A DNA stretch of 64,000 nt from a virus (Duplodnaviria > Heunggongvirae > Uroviricota > Caudoviricetes). The position numbers and the translations under genes are program-made. The DNA lies in the IMG/VR virus record IMGVR_UViG_3300019458_000004, positions 1 through 64,000 of that record; one strand, given 5' to 3'. Numbering within the stretch: the first letter of the stretch is position 1; every line of letters starts with the position of its first letter. This document shows positions 1 to 8,730 of the stretch, piece after piece. The notes beneath the pieces were generated by a model that was given only the letters and a program-made list of their open reading frames with translations, was not told where the DNA came from and ran no database searches.

Positions 1-132
1 GGACCAGATCTTCAAGGTATTGCAGAAAATTTAGCTTCTGAAGTACCACAAAAACGTAATGCGGCGATCTTTTCTATTTTACAATTACCAAAGGCTAAAG
101 ATATTTTAGGAATTGAATCCGACGATAAATAA
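1..132 (+). CDS. 3' end of a plus-strand gene (partial), unknown function
   Basis: Frame 1 is open from the window edge to TAA at 130-132 (..GPDLQGIAENLASEVPQKRNAAIFSILQLPKAKDILGIESDDK*). Confidence 0.4.
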   Translation, partial: GPDLQGIAENLASEVPQKRNAAIFSILQLPKAKDILGIESDDK

Positions 133-141
133 AAAGTTAAT

Positions 142-405
142 ATGGATTACGAGAAGGAATTGTTGCATGAAATGTCTAAGGCTTTAGAAAGATTAGATAA
201 ATCTGTTGATGGGATTAATATTACTATTGCTAAACAAGAGGTTCATTTAGCTGAGCATATTCGTCGTACTTCTTTACTTGAAGAAGAAATGAAACCAATT
301 CGTGATCATGTCAATCGTGTTAATGCTTTAATTTTACTTCTTGGTGGGATTTTGGCTCTTCTCGGTGCTGTTAAGGCTGTTATTGAGATTGTTCAACTCT
401 TCTAA
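142..405 (+). CDS. hypothetical small protein, coiled-coil N-terminus and C-terminal TM helix
   Basis: 87-aa ORF with a hydrophobic C-terminus (ALILLLGGILALLGAVKAVIEIV). It overlaps the 3' end of the convergent minus ORF. Confidence 0.35.
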   Translation: MDYEKELLHEMSKALERLDKSVDGINITIAKQEVHLAEHIRRTSLLEEEMKPIRDHVNRVNALILLLGGILALLGAVKAVIEIVQLF

Positions 406-735
406 TTCTCTTTCTTCCGTTCGTATCATTAATTCTTCCGGGTTTAATTGTGAAATATCTTTAACCGCGTTTAAATTTTCTATATTACCAATAGCTTTAT
501 TTTTTGTGAGTATACAACGGTTCCGAGCGTTATTTCTATCATAACAAGCTTTTCGTTGTTTCTTTGTTTTATTTAATGGGTTCGAATGTTTAAAGCTTGC
601 GTTGACTTCTTCTTCAACGAACTTGTTCAGCCACGCTTTTACTTTATCGTTTAATTTGTGTAAATAATCCATATCAATCATCTCTTGTCTTGATATCAAA
701 TTATATTTTTTTTCTAAAGCCGGGAATTTACTCAT
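334..735 (-). CDS. hypothetical Lys/Arg-rich basic protein
   Basis: ORF 334..840. Start moved to the internal Met (MSKFPALEKKY) so it does not overlap the upstream homing endonuclease. Confidence 0.3.
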   Translation of the reverse strand: MSKFPALEKKYNLISRQEMIDMDYLHKLNDKVKAWLNKFVEEEVNASFKHSNPLNKTKKQRKACYDRNNARNRCILTKNKAIGNIENLNAVKDISQLNPEELMIRTEERELEELNNLNNSLNSTEKSQNPTKK

Positions 736-754
736 GCTACGTCTACTACGTTTT

Positions 755-1618
755 TTATTCCCAATTAATTTTTTGGTACGTGGTGTTCTTTTTTTCTGCT
801 TTTTTAATTTCTTTTTCTTTCCATTCTTGGAATACTTCATATTTTCTTTTTAGTTTATAATTTAGATTAGGGATGTTATATATTTTATTTAAAAACTGAA
901 ACACAGCTTGTTTTCGAAAAAATATTAAAGTTTTATTTCGATTGTCATTTTTGGCAATATTATTAAAAAGAGCGTTAAATTGATTTCTTAGATTATCAGA
1001 ATAACTAGAAATAATGACTTGACACGTGGGTCGAGTTGTTTTACTTATATGACCATCCCCTTCAAAAAAACCTCTTGCAAACGCCATTTGTTGTTCATAA
1101 GAATCAAACGTTGGAATTTGAACAATTCGGTCTTTTGCACCTTGTTTAATTTTAAGTAATTCACAGATCTTATTAACCAAATGCTTTGAACAAAAATAAA
1201 TTCCAATTAAATTTGTATTCTTCTTTCTTTTTTTAACAGCATCTCCTATTTGTTCAATAAAAAAATCTAGTATGTGTTCATCTCTTTTATTTAACCATAT
1301 TTGTAAGGTATTTCCGGCTAAAGACCCGTCGCTTGCAATCCATCCCAATAAATATGCTTGTTCAACGGTTTTTATGTCGTCAAAATAAGAAGCATTAACT
1401 TTATGTTTATAATTGGGATTATTTACTCCAGATGTTTTAAGTTGCTTAGAACAATTAATACAAATAATACGGTTATTATTTCGGCGTTTGGTAGCATTTA
1501 TTACCGGTTCAAAGGATTCAAAAATACCACGGCATTCATTACTAATTTTAAAATCACATTCAACCTTAAATAGATATTTACCACAAGGGTGTTTTAAAAG
1601 TTTTTGTAAAATACTCAT
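755..1618 (-). CDS. free-standing LAGLIDADG homing endonuclease (two motifs)
   Basis: Two LAGLIDADG motifs, LLGWIASDGSL and ARGFFEGDGHI. N-terminal Cys-rich region. Confidence 0.7.
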   Translation of the reverse strand: MSILQKLLKHPCGKYLFKVECDFKISNECRGIFESFEPVINATKRRNNNRIICINCSKQLKTSGVNNPNYKHKVNASYFDDIKTVEQAYLLGWIASDGSLAGNTLQIWLNKRDEHILDFFIEQIGDAVKKRKKNTNLIGIYFCSKHLVNKICELLKIKQGAKDRIVQIPTFDSYEQQMAFARGFFEGDGHISKTTRPTCQVIISSYSDNLRNQFNALFNNIAKNDNRNKTLIFFRKQAVFQFLNKIYNIPNLNYKLKRKYEVFQEWKEKEIKKAEKKNTTYQKINWE

Positions 1619-1678
1619 ACATTAGTTGTTAAATCTAAGTCGATAGATTCTCTCTTTTTGACAACTTTTAACTTGCGT

Positions 1679-2305
1679 TTAAGGGTTTTCTTGACAAGCT
1701 TTCGCTTTAGTTTCTTTCGGGGCATTAATAACTTTCTTGTTGACAGCAACCTCTAACGGATTTCCTTTAATATCCAGATAGAGCCTACAAAACCCTTCAA
1801 AATTCTTCATTCCAAGTGGGTTTTTTTTATATTTAGTTTTAATCCAGGCAAGGTAGGTAGTACGGAGATCTGAAACAGAAACCCAGTCACTCCCTTTCAC
1901 TATATTACACGATTTTAAAAAAGTTTCAAAGTGTTTTTTGTAATAGTGTGTATTTTGTTTGTTTTTTTTCTTATCTTTAATGAGTTTATAGATATCTTCA
2001 GTGATTTTAATGGTTGTGGCATTAAGAAGCCAGCACATTTTACCCTCTATTTCTTGTTTATTTGGCAATAGAAGGTTCATTTGCCGATAGAATGCCTCTT
2101 CGGCCATCTTTTGCTTGGACCATAGCTTATAGAGCCGATAAACGAGTTTTACGGGTATTTTAAGTTCCCCTTCTTCTAATCCAAAGATTGAAATGAATAG
2201 AGGTAGGTTATTTTCGGCCTGGGGCAACTGTCCGGAATCTCCGGATTGTTGGATTATTTCAAGAAGTTCCTGGTCTGAAAGTTTAGAAGACATTTCAATT
2301 ATCAA
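1679..2305 (-). CDS. hypothetical protein
   Basis: 208-aa ORF in the minus-strand tandem array; no motif recognised. Confidence 0.45.
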   Translation of the reverse strand: MIIEMSSKLSDQELLEIIQQSGDSGQLPQAENNLPLFISIFGLEEGELKIPVKLVYRLYKLWSKQKMAEEAFYRQMNLLLPNKQEIEGKMCWLLNATTIKITEDIYKLIKDKKKNKQNTHYYKKHFETFLKSCNIVKGSDWVSVSDLRTTYLAWIKTKYKKNPLGMKNFEGFCRLYLDIKGNPLEVAVNKKVINAPKETKAKACQENP

Positions 2306-2496
2306 TCGAACTGTTCGGTATCACCTAATAGTTGCCAATCTCTTTCTCTTAATTTCTCTAATTCATCAAGAATTGGTTGAATTTTAGCATTAGCCATGTC
2401 TGCGCAGATTTTGGCAGCTTCAAATCCCATATCCAAATAAATACCTTCTTGAATAGGATCTTGAAAATCTTCGGCTGTAAAATAAGGGGTTTTCAC
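2302..2496 (-). CDS. hypothetical protein, paralog of 25704..26060
   Basis: AKICADMANAKIQPILDELEKLRERDWQ is similar to AAMANEKIQPLLAELQRLQELCQ in ORF 25704..26060. ATGA-type overlap with the upstream gene. Confidence 0.45.
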   Translation of the reverse strand: MKTPYFTAEDFQDPIQEGIYLDMGFEAAKICADMANAKIQPILDELEKLRERDWQLLGDTEQFD

Positions 2497-2711
2497 TTTT
2501 CCTGACGCGGCGTATTAATAATTTCAAAGTCTTTTAATTCAATAGCCGTTTTAAACCCATCTTTAATAACGGTATTTTTAACTTTGTATTCACAGGTTAA
2601 ATTTACAATGTATTTATCAACGTAATAGTTGTATGGTTCAATTACATATCCCGTACAACCTAAATAAAATCCAGCTATTACCTTAATTGTAGTTCCGTAA
2701 ATTGGCAGCAT
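2493..2711 (-). CDS. hypothetical protein
   Basis: 72-aa ORF, 4-nt overlap with the downstream gene. Confidence 0.4.
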   Translation of the reverse strand: MLPIYGTTIKVIAGFYLGCTGYVIEPYNYYVDKYIVNLTCEYKVKNTVIKDGFKTAIELKDFEIINTPRQEK

Positions 2712-2946
2712 ATTTTCTTTAAATTTAATCGAAGGCCCGGATTTGTTACACCGGGCTGTACACTGTTTCTATAACCGTGAATCATCGGTAACAAAAGTAC
2801 TTAATGTCCGGGACCAGACTGGTCATCAACCGGGTTTCGAACCCCATCCCTGCGTGTCCCTATCCACGCCGCTTCGATAATATCGCTAGTCCGACACAAT
2901 AGGACTTGTCGGTTGTAGTTTATTATAGTCCCTGTAGCAATAAAAA
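2712..2946 (-). ncRNA. candidate structured ncRNA in a GC-enriched intergenic region (possible second Y-RNA-like element)
   Basis: The 235-bp intergenic region is visibly more GC-rich than its flanks. Several stem-loops: GCCCGG..CCGGGC, AGTCC..GGACT, GACC-AGUCU-GGUC. Contains a T-loop-like GGGGTTCGAAACCC on the minus strand and the repeated 13-mer GTCTGGTCCCGGA. Confidence 0.3.
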
Positions 2947-3336
2947 CTATTGTCCGGCCTTTTTGATTGCGATTCCCGCGCCAACAGTAGCCGCAATCCC
3001 CAAGACAAACAGTCCAAACTTTTCCCAATTATTAAGACTTTGCGAATCATTCAATCGTTGAGCTAATTTGTCATTTTGTTCTAAAAGAAGGTTAATTTTA
3101 TTCTGCTGTAGTTGATCATTTGATTTATACAAGTCAATTGATTTATTCAAGGATTCATTAAGCTTGGTTTGAGTATCTAGGTCGATTAACCGATCTCTTA
3201 TTTCCTTTGTTTTTTTGCTGGAAAATACCCAAGCATCCTTTTGTAAAATTGTTCCTTTTTCGCCAAAAAAAGGATCTGTTTCATCGGCATTTGAAACAAA
3301 ACAAAACAACATTAAGTATACGATGTATTTTTTCAT
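2947..3336 (-). CDS. secreted/membrane-anchored coiled-coil protein
   Basis: N-terminal signal peptide MKKYIVYLMLFCFVSNA, central coiled-coil, C-terminal TM helix FGLFVLGIAATVGAGIAI. Confidence 0.45.
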   Translation of the reverse strand: MKKYIVYLMLFCFVSNADETDPFFGEKGTILQKDAWVFSSKKTKEIRDRLIDLDTQTKLNESLNKSIDLYKSNDQLQQNKINLLLEQNDKLAQRLNDSQSLNNWEKFGLFVLGIAATVGAGIAIKKAGQ

Positions 3337-3950
3337 TTATTATTCCTATATTTCATATCGCTTTGAATTTTCATCAAATTATCCTTAGCCCATAATGGTC
3401 TTAAATTTGTAAAATGGTTTAATTGATTTAATTCTTCAGTTGTATTAGCTGAACAACAAGGAATAATGTGGTCAATGTGCCATTTTCCATAATTTTCCCA
3501 AGTCATATCTTTTTGGAATTGGTTTTCTAGATGGATTTTAAATTCTTCCAATGAACACCCTAATATATCTTTAAAGTGACCTTTTTTAGTAAATTTTTTT
3601 CTATATAAACATTCATTTAATCGTTTTCGTAAATTACATGCTATATTAAATAATAAATCGGTTTTTCGTTTATTTTTATACCAATCATTGAATTTTTTTC
3701 GTCTTTTTTGTTTATATAGCTTCCATTTATCTTTATTATTTTGATAATAAATTTTTAATTTCTCTTTATTTTTTCTTGCCCACTCTCTAGCAATCTTTTT
3801 ACGTTTTTCTGGGTTATTTTTTCTCCACTTTTTAGCGGCTTTAAGGTTTTTACCTTTATTTTTTAAATAATGCGAATGTTTATAATGTTTTAAGCAAAGA
3901 TTTTTAGCTGAAACAAAAGAAACACAACCTATTATTGAACAAATATTCAT
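3333..3950 (-). CDS. HNH homing endonuclease
   Basis: HNH motif WHIDHIIP...NLRPLWAKDN with a Lys-rich N-terminus. Paralog of 19950..20621. Confidence 0.7.
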   Translation of the reverse strand: MNICSIIGCVSFVSAKNLCLKHYKHSHYLKNKGKNLKAAKKWRKNNPEKRKKIAREWARKNKEKLKIYYQNNKDKWKLYKQKRRKKFNDWYKNKRKTDLLFNIACNLRKRLNECLYRKKFTKKGHFKDILGCSLEEFKIHLENQFQKDMTWENYGKWHIDHIIPCCSANTTEELNQLNHFTNLRPLWAKDNLMKIQSDMKYRNNK

Positions 3951-3988
3951 ATAATAAGTTGTTAATTTATCAAAATCAATTAACTAAT

Positions 3989-4177
3989 TTATTCATCTTG
4001 ACCCATTCCATTAATATTAAAAATATCATTATTCATAACTTTTAATTCATCTCGGAAATGCTTCCTGAAGCGTTCTAGAGTTTCTAAAAATACCTTAGTT
4101 TCTTCGGAATAAAGTTCTCGGGCAATTTTTAATTCGCCAGGAGTTAATTTATCTTCTAAAAAAGTTAATAAATCCAT
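3989..4177 (-). CDS. hypothetical protein
   Basis: 62-aa ORF in the array. Confidence 0.35.
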   Translation of the reverse strand: MDLLTFLEDKLTPGELKIARELYSEETKVFLETLERFRKHFRDELKVMNNDIFNINGMGQDE

Positions 4178-4358
4178 TCCAAAACTTCCTTAGTCTAAAT
4201 GGCCAGGATCTTTGTTCTTCTTGGTCGATTTCTGATTTGATTTTATCCAAACCAGCGTTAATATCATTAAACTCCTTAAGATCAATAGCGTTGAAATTAA
4301 AAAGAGCCCTAACAACATTACGTTGGAACTCGATAGATTTTCGGAATTCATCATACAT
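4149..4358 (-). CDS. hypothetical protein
   Basis: 69-aa ORF in the array. Confidence 0.35.
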   Translation of the reverse strand: MYDEFRKSIEFQRNVVRALFNFNAIDLKEFNDINAGLDKIKSEIDQEEQRSWPFRLRKFWNGFINFFRR

Positions 4359-4648
4359 TATTTTAAAGCCTTTTCAACTTCTTCCAAAAGCCGAGTTGAA
4401 TAATGAAATTCTTTATGATCAATAACACCTAGTTGTACTTGGTCTTTTAATGCTCTTTCTTTCTTATAGAAAAACTGTTGATTTTTCTCTTGAGCATCTA
4501 AAATTTGATGTTCGAGCTTAGAAATCTTCTCTTCTAGCCTAGCTAATTCTCGATTAAGGGTTCCTTGTATTAAAAGAACATCTTCACGAGCCTTCTTTTC
4601 AGCTTCTAACAGTTTTAACCAAGTTGATTTTAATTTAATCGTAACCAT
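4358..4648 (-). CDS. hypothetical coiled-coil protein
   Basis: 96-aa ORF; 1-nt overlap with its neighbours. Confidence 0.4.
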   Translation of the reverse strand: MVTIKLKSTWLKLLEAEKKAREDVLLIQGTLNRELARLEEKISKLEHQILDAQEKNQQFFYKKERALKDQVQLGVIDHKEFHYSTRLLEEVEKALK

Positions 4649-4887
4649 TAAAAATCCGTTTGATCTACAGGCTTATTCTTTCTTTCATCAGCATCTTGTT
4701 GCAAATCTGCTCGCTTTTTTTCTTCGGTTCCAAGAAGACCATCATTTTGAGCTTTATTCTTATCTTGCTCGTTTAGCTTCGATTTAACCGCATTATTTTC
4801 AAGAAGCGCTTCTGCGCTACGCCTCTTTACCCAATTCCACCCCAATGCGCCTAAAAGTAAACCAAATAATGCTATAATATATTCCAT
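4648..4887 (-). CDS. hypothetical membrane protein
   Basis: N-terminal TM helix MEYIIALFGLLLGALGWNWV. Confidence 0.4.
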   Translation of the reverse strand: MEYIIALFGLLLGALGWNWVKRRSAEALLENNAVKSKLNEQDKNKAQNDGLLGTEEKKRADLQQDADERKNKPVDQTDF

Positions 4888-5090
4888 TACTTTCCCTTAA
4901 TTTGCTGATCGTACCAATTCGGATAAGTCTTTATAATTTCACCCCGCACAATACAATCAACCCAATCATCTGGATACTTACCCGCATTTAACCTTTCATG
5001 ACAATTTGCCCAAGCAATTGCTGCTTTCTTATTCTTAAATTGTTTAACTTTTGGCGAGGCATTTTCACTATAAAAAACAATATATCCCAT
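4887..5090 (-). CDS. hypothetical protein
   Basis: ORF 4887..5165 trimmed to Met26 (MGYIVFY). This gives a TAATG overlap with the upstream gene instead of a 76-nt overlap. Confidence 0.4.
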   Translation of the reverse strand: MGYIVFYSENASPKVKQFKNKKAAIAWANCHERLNAGKYPDDWVDCIVRGEIIKTYPNWYDQQIKGK

Positions 5091-5365
5091 TATTCTTCCT
5101 TCTTTTCTAAGGTAACGCCTTTTTTCGTTCCTTGCATTTTGCGGCCAAGATATGCGCCTAAACAAATCATAAACAAATAATTGGCTTGTGTCAAGTCCAC
5201 GTCACCTAAAAAGTTAGAAACTTTGCCTAATTGGCCTAAAAAAGCTGTATTAAAAGCAATGAACGTCATTGTTCCGGTAAAGGTTGGTTTTCCATCAATA
5301 CGAATCATTGGGAGCGGAACCCCTGCCTCATTTAATCTATTAATAAGTTCTTTAATTTTTTCCAT
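5090..5365 (-). CDS. hypothetical protein with a hydrophobic segment
   Basis: 91-aa ORF; hydrophobic stretch YLFMICLGAYLG. Confidence 0.4.
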   Translation of the reverse strand: MEKIKELINRLNEAGVPLPMIRIDGKPTFTGTMTFIAFNTAFLGQLGKVSNFLGDVDLTQANYLFMICLGAYLGRKMQGTKKGVTLEKKEE

Positions 5366-5697
5366 TATTCAACTTTCTCTGAAATAATCTTAACAATTTC
5401 TTCGGCATTTTGACAAACATAAGTCTTGCTATCCTTAACTACAATAAAACTGTTTTCCGCTTGTTCAACTGACACCCAAGGACGGGGTTGATAGTAAGTT
5501 GGATACAAACTTGGATACAAACTTGGATACAAACTTGGATACAAACTTGGATAATTGTCGTATGACCAACAAGCTGTGGTCACGCTAGAATTCACAATTC
5601 CATTAGCACGACCAATCGTTAGCGGACTAACGCCGCTATTAGTATTAATAAGTAATGGTTGTGGGAGGTTATTTGGATCAGATTCAATAACATTCAT
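5365..5697 (-). CDS. hypothetical protein with (YPSL)n repeat
   Basis: ORF 5365..5829 trimmed to Met45. Encodes YPSLYPSLYPSLYPSLYP from the 12-bp tandem DNA repeat ggatacaaactt x4.5 at about 5495-5550. Confidence 0.4.
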   Translation of the reverse strand: MNVIESDPNNLPQPLLINTNSGVSPLTIGRANGIVNSSVTTACWSYDNYPSLYPSLYPSLYPSLYPTYYQPRPWVSVEQAENSFIVVKDSKTYVCQNAEEIVKIISEKVE

Positions 5698-5701
5698 CTG
5701 A

Positions 5702-6097
5702 TTACTTAAGTTTTTTTCCATTCTTTCCTTTCGCTTCTTGTTTATAAAATTCGCGCATTTGGTCTTCACAAGCGGTTTTACTCGCATGGCATGCAATGCA
5801 CAGCACTTGGTACTTTTCTGGACCGACAAATAACCGATCTATATACAAATTAAAATCCACTCTTTTAGGATCGTCTTTTCGTCTGTTCCCCCCGTTAATT
5901 GGAACTACCGAATCGATATGATCTAAATGATATGCGCCTTTTTTAAATTTCCCTTCACACATCGCACATTTGTATAGTCCTCGTTCAACTCGTGCGGCTT
6001 GCAGAGCTTTAGTGCGACCAGGCCACATTAAACTAGCTCTTCGAAGTTTTATTGTCACCCAATTATCCAGATTTGGAAGTTTCTTCGGTTTTTTCAT
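5702..6097 (-). CDS. HNH endonuclease
   Basis: Cys/His motifs CAMCEG...HLDHIDSVVP...VLCIACHASK. Confidence 0.6.
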   Translation of the reverse strand: MKKPKKLPNLDNWVTIKLRRASLMWPGRTKALQAARVERGLYKCAMCEGKFKKGAYHLDHIDSVVPINGGNRRKDDPKRVDFNLYIDRLFVGPEKYQVLCIACHASKTACEDQMREFYKQEAKGKNGKKLK

Positions 6098-6275
6098 CTA
6101 TATCTAACAAATTTCCAGATTTAGGCCCATAAAAAACCTTACCTGAATCATTATATTTTACTACACGTTTTGAATTATCTTGCAAGGTTCCAAAAAAACC
6201 CCAGTCAGTTTTCATAGTAATTTTGACCGGGATTCCGCTTTTGGTTATGTACGTTTTATTTAATTCGAGTTTCAT
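6063..6275 (-). CDS. hypothetical protein
   Basis: 70-aa ORF overlapping both HNH neighbours. Confidence 0.3.
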   Translation of the reverse strand: MKLELNKTYITKSGIPVKITMKTDWGFFGTLQDNSKRVVKYNDSGKVFYGPKSGNLLDIDEKTEETSKSG

Positions 6276-6918
6276 AATTAAGTATTATTTGTTTTATATG
6301 ATTAATAAAAACCTCAACAATCAAATTAACTTTCATTTTATTACAAATTTTACAACACGGAACGCAATTAGATAAGGAATATCCCATATTATTGTTAACT
6401 CTATCTATTCCATTATAAAATACTTGCTCGCTATGTTTTAATTTTGAATGGCGGCCTATTGGCTTGCTTCCACAATAATAACAGTTTTTAAAAATAAGAT
6501 TCTTGAATTCCTGAAAAGTTAATTCGAATTTGTAGTTCCGTTTTTTTGCGTGTGTTTTATAATCTTTTAAAACCCTTATTGTTAATCTATCATCCGGATT
6601 TAATAAATGAGTTCGTTGATGCTTTTGTAATGTTTTAAAAACATGCTCTATATTTAAACAACCACATGATTGTTTCCTGTTTTTAAGTAAGTCTCTTGAT
6701 GAAGCTCTACAAACCTTTCCACACTTACATAAACATTCCCAAACAGTTGAACAATATATATTGCATCCAAGAAGCTTAATAACTGTTAGTCTACCAAAAA
6801 TTTGGTCCTTTAGATTTTTTCGAATGAATTTAGCTTTGCTAATCGGCGTATTTTCTTGTGCCAAATCCCCTCGACAGTGTTTACGTATATTTTGTTTTTC
6901 CTCTTTTTCCACAAACAT
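6256..6918 (-). CDS. HNH endonuclease (HNH_3-like)
   Basis: YYCGSKP...NGIDRVNNNMGYSLSNCVPCCKICNKMK. Paralogous core in 12539..12901 and 42355..42771. Confidence 0.65.
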   Translation of the reverse strand: MFVEKEEKQNIRKHCRGDLAQENTPISKAKFIRKNLKDQIFGRLTVIKLLGCNIYCSTVWECLCKCGKVCRASSRDLLKNRKQSCGCLNIEHVFKTLQKHQRTHLLNPDDRLTIRVLKDYKTHAKKRNYKFELTFQEFKNLIFKNCYYCGSKPIGRHSKLKHSEQVFYNGIDRVNNNMGYSLSNCVPCCKICNKMKVNLIVEVFINHIKQIILNYETRIK

Positions 6919-7183
6919 TACACAATCTAAAGTATCTTCCGGCGATTTCTATTTTTTTAAATTCACCCTCATTACAATCCCAACAAATCTTCTTGGCTAC
7001 TTCTTTAGCTTCTTCAACCGCTTCTCTTTCTTCCTCTTCTCCTTGAACCGCTAAAAATTTTCGATAGCCGCGATTTAATTTCTTAACTTGTTTTTGAAGA
7101 CTACGGTTCATTTGTTTAAGAGTTCTATTCTCTTCTTGCAATCGTTCTAAAAGTCTATCCTCTCTATCTTGTCGTTTACTCAA
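6881..7183 (-). CDS. hypothetical coiled-coil protein with C-terminal zinc ribbon
   Basis: CWDCNEG...CNVCGKRG. TTG start preceded by GAGGA. Confidence 0.4.
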   Translation of the reverse strand: MSKRQDREDRLLERLQEENRTLKQMNRSLQKQVKKLNRGYRKFLAVQGEEEEREAVEEAKEVAKKICWDCNEGEFKKIEIAGRYFRLCNVCGKRGKTKYT

Positions 7184-7201
7184 TTTTTATTCCTCAAAAA
7201 T

Positions 7202-7228
7202 TAATGGGAATTGGCAACCTTCCCATTA
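7202..7228 (-). terminator. intrinsic terminator/attenuator-like hairpin
   Basis: 9-bp stem TAATGGGAA/TTCCCATTA with a 9-nt loop. On the minus strand it is followed by AUUUUUG, directly upstream of the RBS of the next gene. Confidence 0.35.
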
Positions 7229-7326
7229 GAGGTATAGAAGCAAGCCACGCTCACCACTTCGTTACCCAGGTGACGGGGTTTTTTATTGGCCCGTATGACC
7301 AAACTTATCAAAGGGTATTATAAACT

Positions 7327-7584
7327 TTATTTAATTGCATTTTCACCACGTAAACGCCTAACTTCCGCCATTTTAGCTTCATTAGTAGCCAAACATTGAA
7401 AAGCAATAATAACATGTGGGTTGTCCTCGGTATTTTTTAATAATTGTTGTTTGAGAATACTTAAAATACCGTCAATAGCTTTTAGTTTTTCTTCCGAAGT
7501 AGACTTTGGATTAATTTCACTAATTAAAATTTTTAATTGTGTCATTTTAAAATCCCTTTGTACTTCCGAATCCGCCTTCACCAC
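7327..7584 (-). CDS. hypothetical protein
   Basis: 85-aa ORF. Confidence 0.4.
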   Translation of the reverse strand: MVKADSEVQRDFKMTQLKILISEINPKSTSEEKLKAIDGILSILKQQLLKNTEDNPHVIIAFQCLATNEAKMAEVRRLRGENAIK

Positions 7585-8488
7585 GTTCAGTTTCGCTTAA
7601 TTCTGTGACTTCATCAAAAGAAGTAACTTTGTATTCACTAGGTACAATTTGAGCGAATCTATCACCGACTTTTAACCGTAATGTATTACACCCCTCTGTC
7701 TTATAAAAAATAGCTTGTACTTCTCCTCGATATTGATTATCAATAATACCAACAGAATTTGTTAGGTATAATCCTAATTTATAGATAGACGATCTCGGGT
7801 AAATTTGTAAGTAAACTCCCGGGGGGCATTCAAAAGCTAATCCAGAAAAGACCCTTACTGTCTTTTCATCTTCTTCAATAGACGCAATAGTTAAATCATA
7901 ACCAGCGTCCCCTAATTTAGCTTTAATAGGTAATAAAGCAGTTTTTCTGACTTTTTTACATTTAATATCAAGCGGGGCTTGTTTAATTAGTAATATATGA
8001 CTTAAAAAATTCTTAAATTCTTGCTCCGAAGCATTTCCTTTACTTTTATTCAAAGCATTACAACACCAAACAACGTTCTTTTTGGTGTATCCTAGCGCGC
8101 TATTCTTACGATCTAAAGACATAACATCGAGATCTGCTTGCAACTTGGTATTCCATTCCAAAGTTGTTTTAAATTGAAGAGGTATACTAGAGTAATAGCA
8201 GAGCCCATTTTGAAGATTAAATTGATCAAGTAAATCCTGTTCTGTTAAGGTGAATTCGATTTGTCTCTGTTCGGCAGTATGCTTAATAGCCATAAACTTA
8301 TTATGAAAGAAGGTTTGAATAACATCTTTATTATAAGAGTTAGGATTATTTCTTCCTAAATAAGCAGTCTTTAAATATTCCCCACGACATTTTTTCGAGC
8401 AACAAGCAGTGCCTTTAAGTCGTTTCCAAAACGAAGGTTTTCTATAAACAGAACTATCACAATTTATACATTGACGCGATTGAGCCAT
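7547..8488 (-). CDS. dut: HNH(HNH_3-like)-dUTPase fusion protein
   Basis: N-terminal about 170 aa carry Zn-finger/HNH_3-like LDRKNSALGYTKKNVVWCCNALNKSKG. C-terminal half has dUTPase motifs (GDAGYDL, RSS..K, IDNQYRGE, final GGFGSTKGF). Confidence 0.7.
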   Translation of the reverse strand: MAQSRQCINCDSSVYRKPSFWKRLKGTACCSKKCRGEYLKTAYLGRNNPNSYNKDVIQTFFHNKFMAIKHTAEQRQIEFTLTEQDLLDQFNLQNGLCYYSSIPLQFKTTLEWNTKLQADLDVMSLDRKNSALGYTKKNVVWCCNALNKSKGNASEQEFKNFLSHILLIKQAPLDIKCKKVRKTALLPIKAKLGDAGYDLTIASIEEDEKTVRVFSGLAFECPPGVYLQIYPRSSIYKLGLYLTNSVGIIDNQYRGEVQAIFYKTEGCNTLRLKVGDRFAQIVPSEYKVTSFDEVTELSETERGEGGFGSTKGF

Positions 8489-8595
8489 ATTAATTCCAAC
8501 TTAAAGGGGTAAATCCCCATAGAACAAGTTTATTACCAATTAATAATCCGTAACAGAGCAAATAATCAATATCATCGTATAGATAAGTTAATTGA

Positions 8596-8730
8596 TTAGC
8601 CTTGTACGTTTTCATTTTGAGCTTTATTTTTGAAGGCTTCTTTCTTCCCGGCTTTAACTCTTCGTGCTACACGCCTATCATGAGCATTTCCGCTTGGATT
8701 TCCGGTTGGCCGTTTCTTTGATTTACTCAT
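8596..8730 (-). CDS. small basic protein (44 aa), below the ORF-track threshold
   Basis: MSKSKKRPTGNPSGNAHDRRVARRVKAGKKEAFKNKAQNENVQG. Its ATG overlaps the upstream TGA (ATGA coupling). Confidence 0.3.
   Translation of the reverse strand: MSKSKKRPTGNPSGNAHDRRVARRVKAGKKEAFKNKAQNENVQG

Noticed and set aside
2806-2880. Possible tRNA suggested by GGGGTTCGAAACCC.
   Set aside because: No D-arm, anticodon arm or acceptor pairing could be built around it; kept only as part of a candidate structured RNA.
2947-3336. u-spanin call for the signal-peptide plus C-terminal-TM protein.
   Set aside because: The lipobox is not convincing (LFC, Phe at -1) and the gene is far from the endolysin/holin cluster at 58.2-59.2 kb.
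5495-5550. CRISPR-like arrays at 5495-5550 and 52375-52500.
   Set aside because: Repeats are 12 and 18 bp, contiguous without spacers, and lie in-frame inside ORFs.
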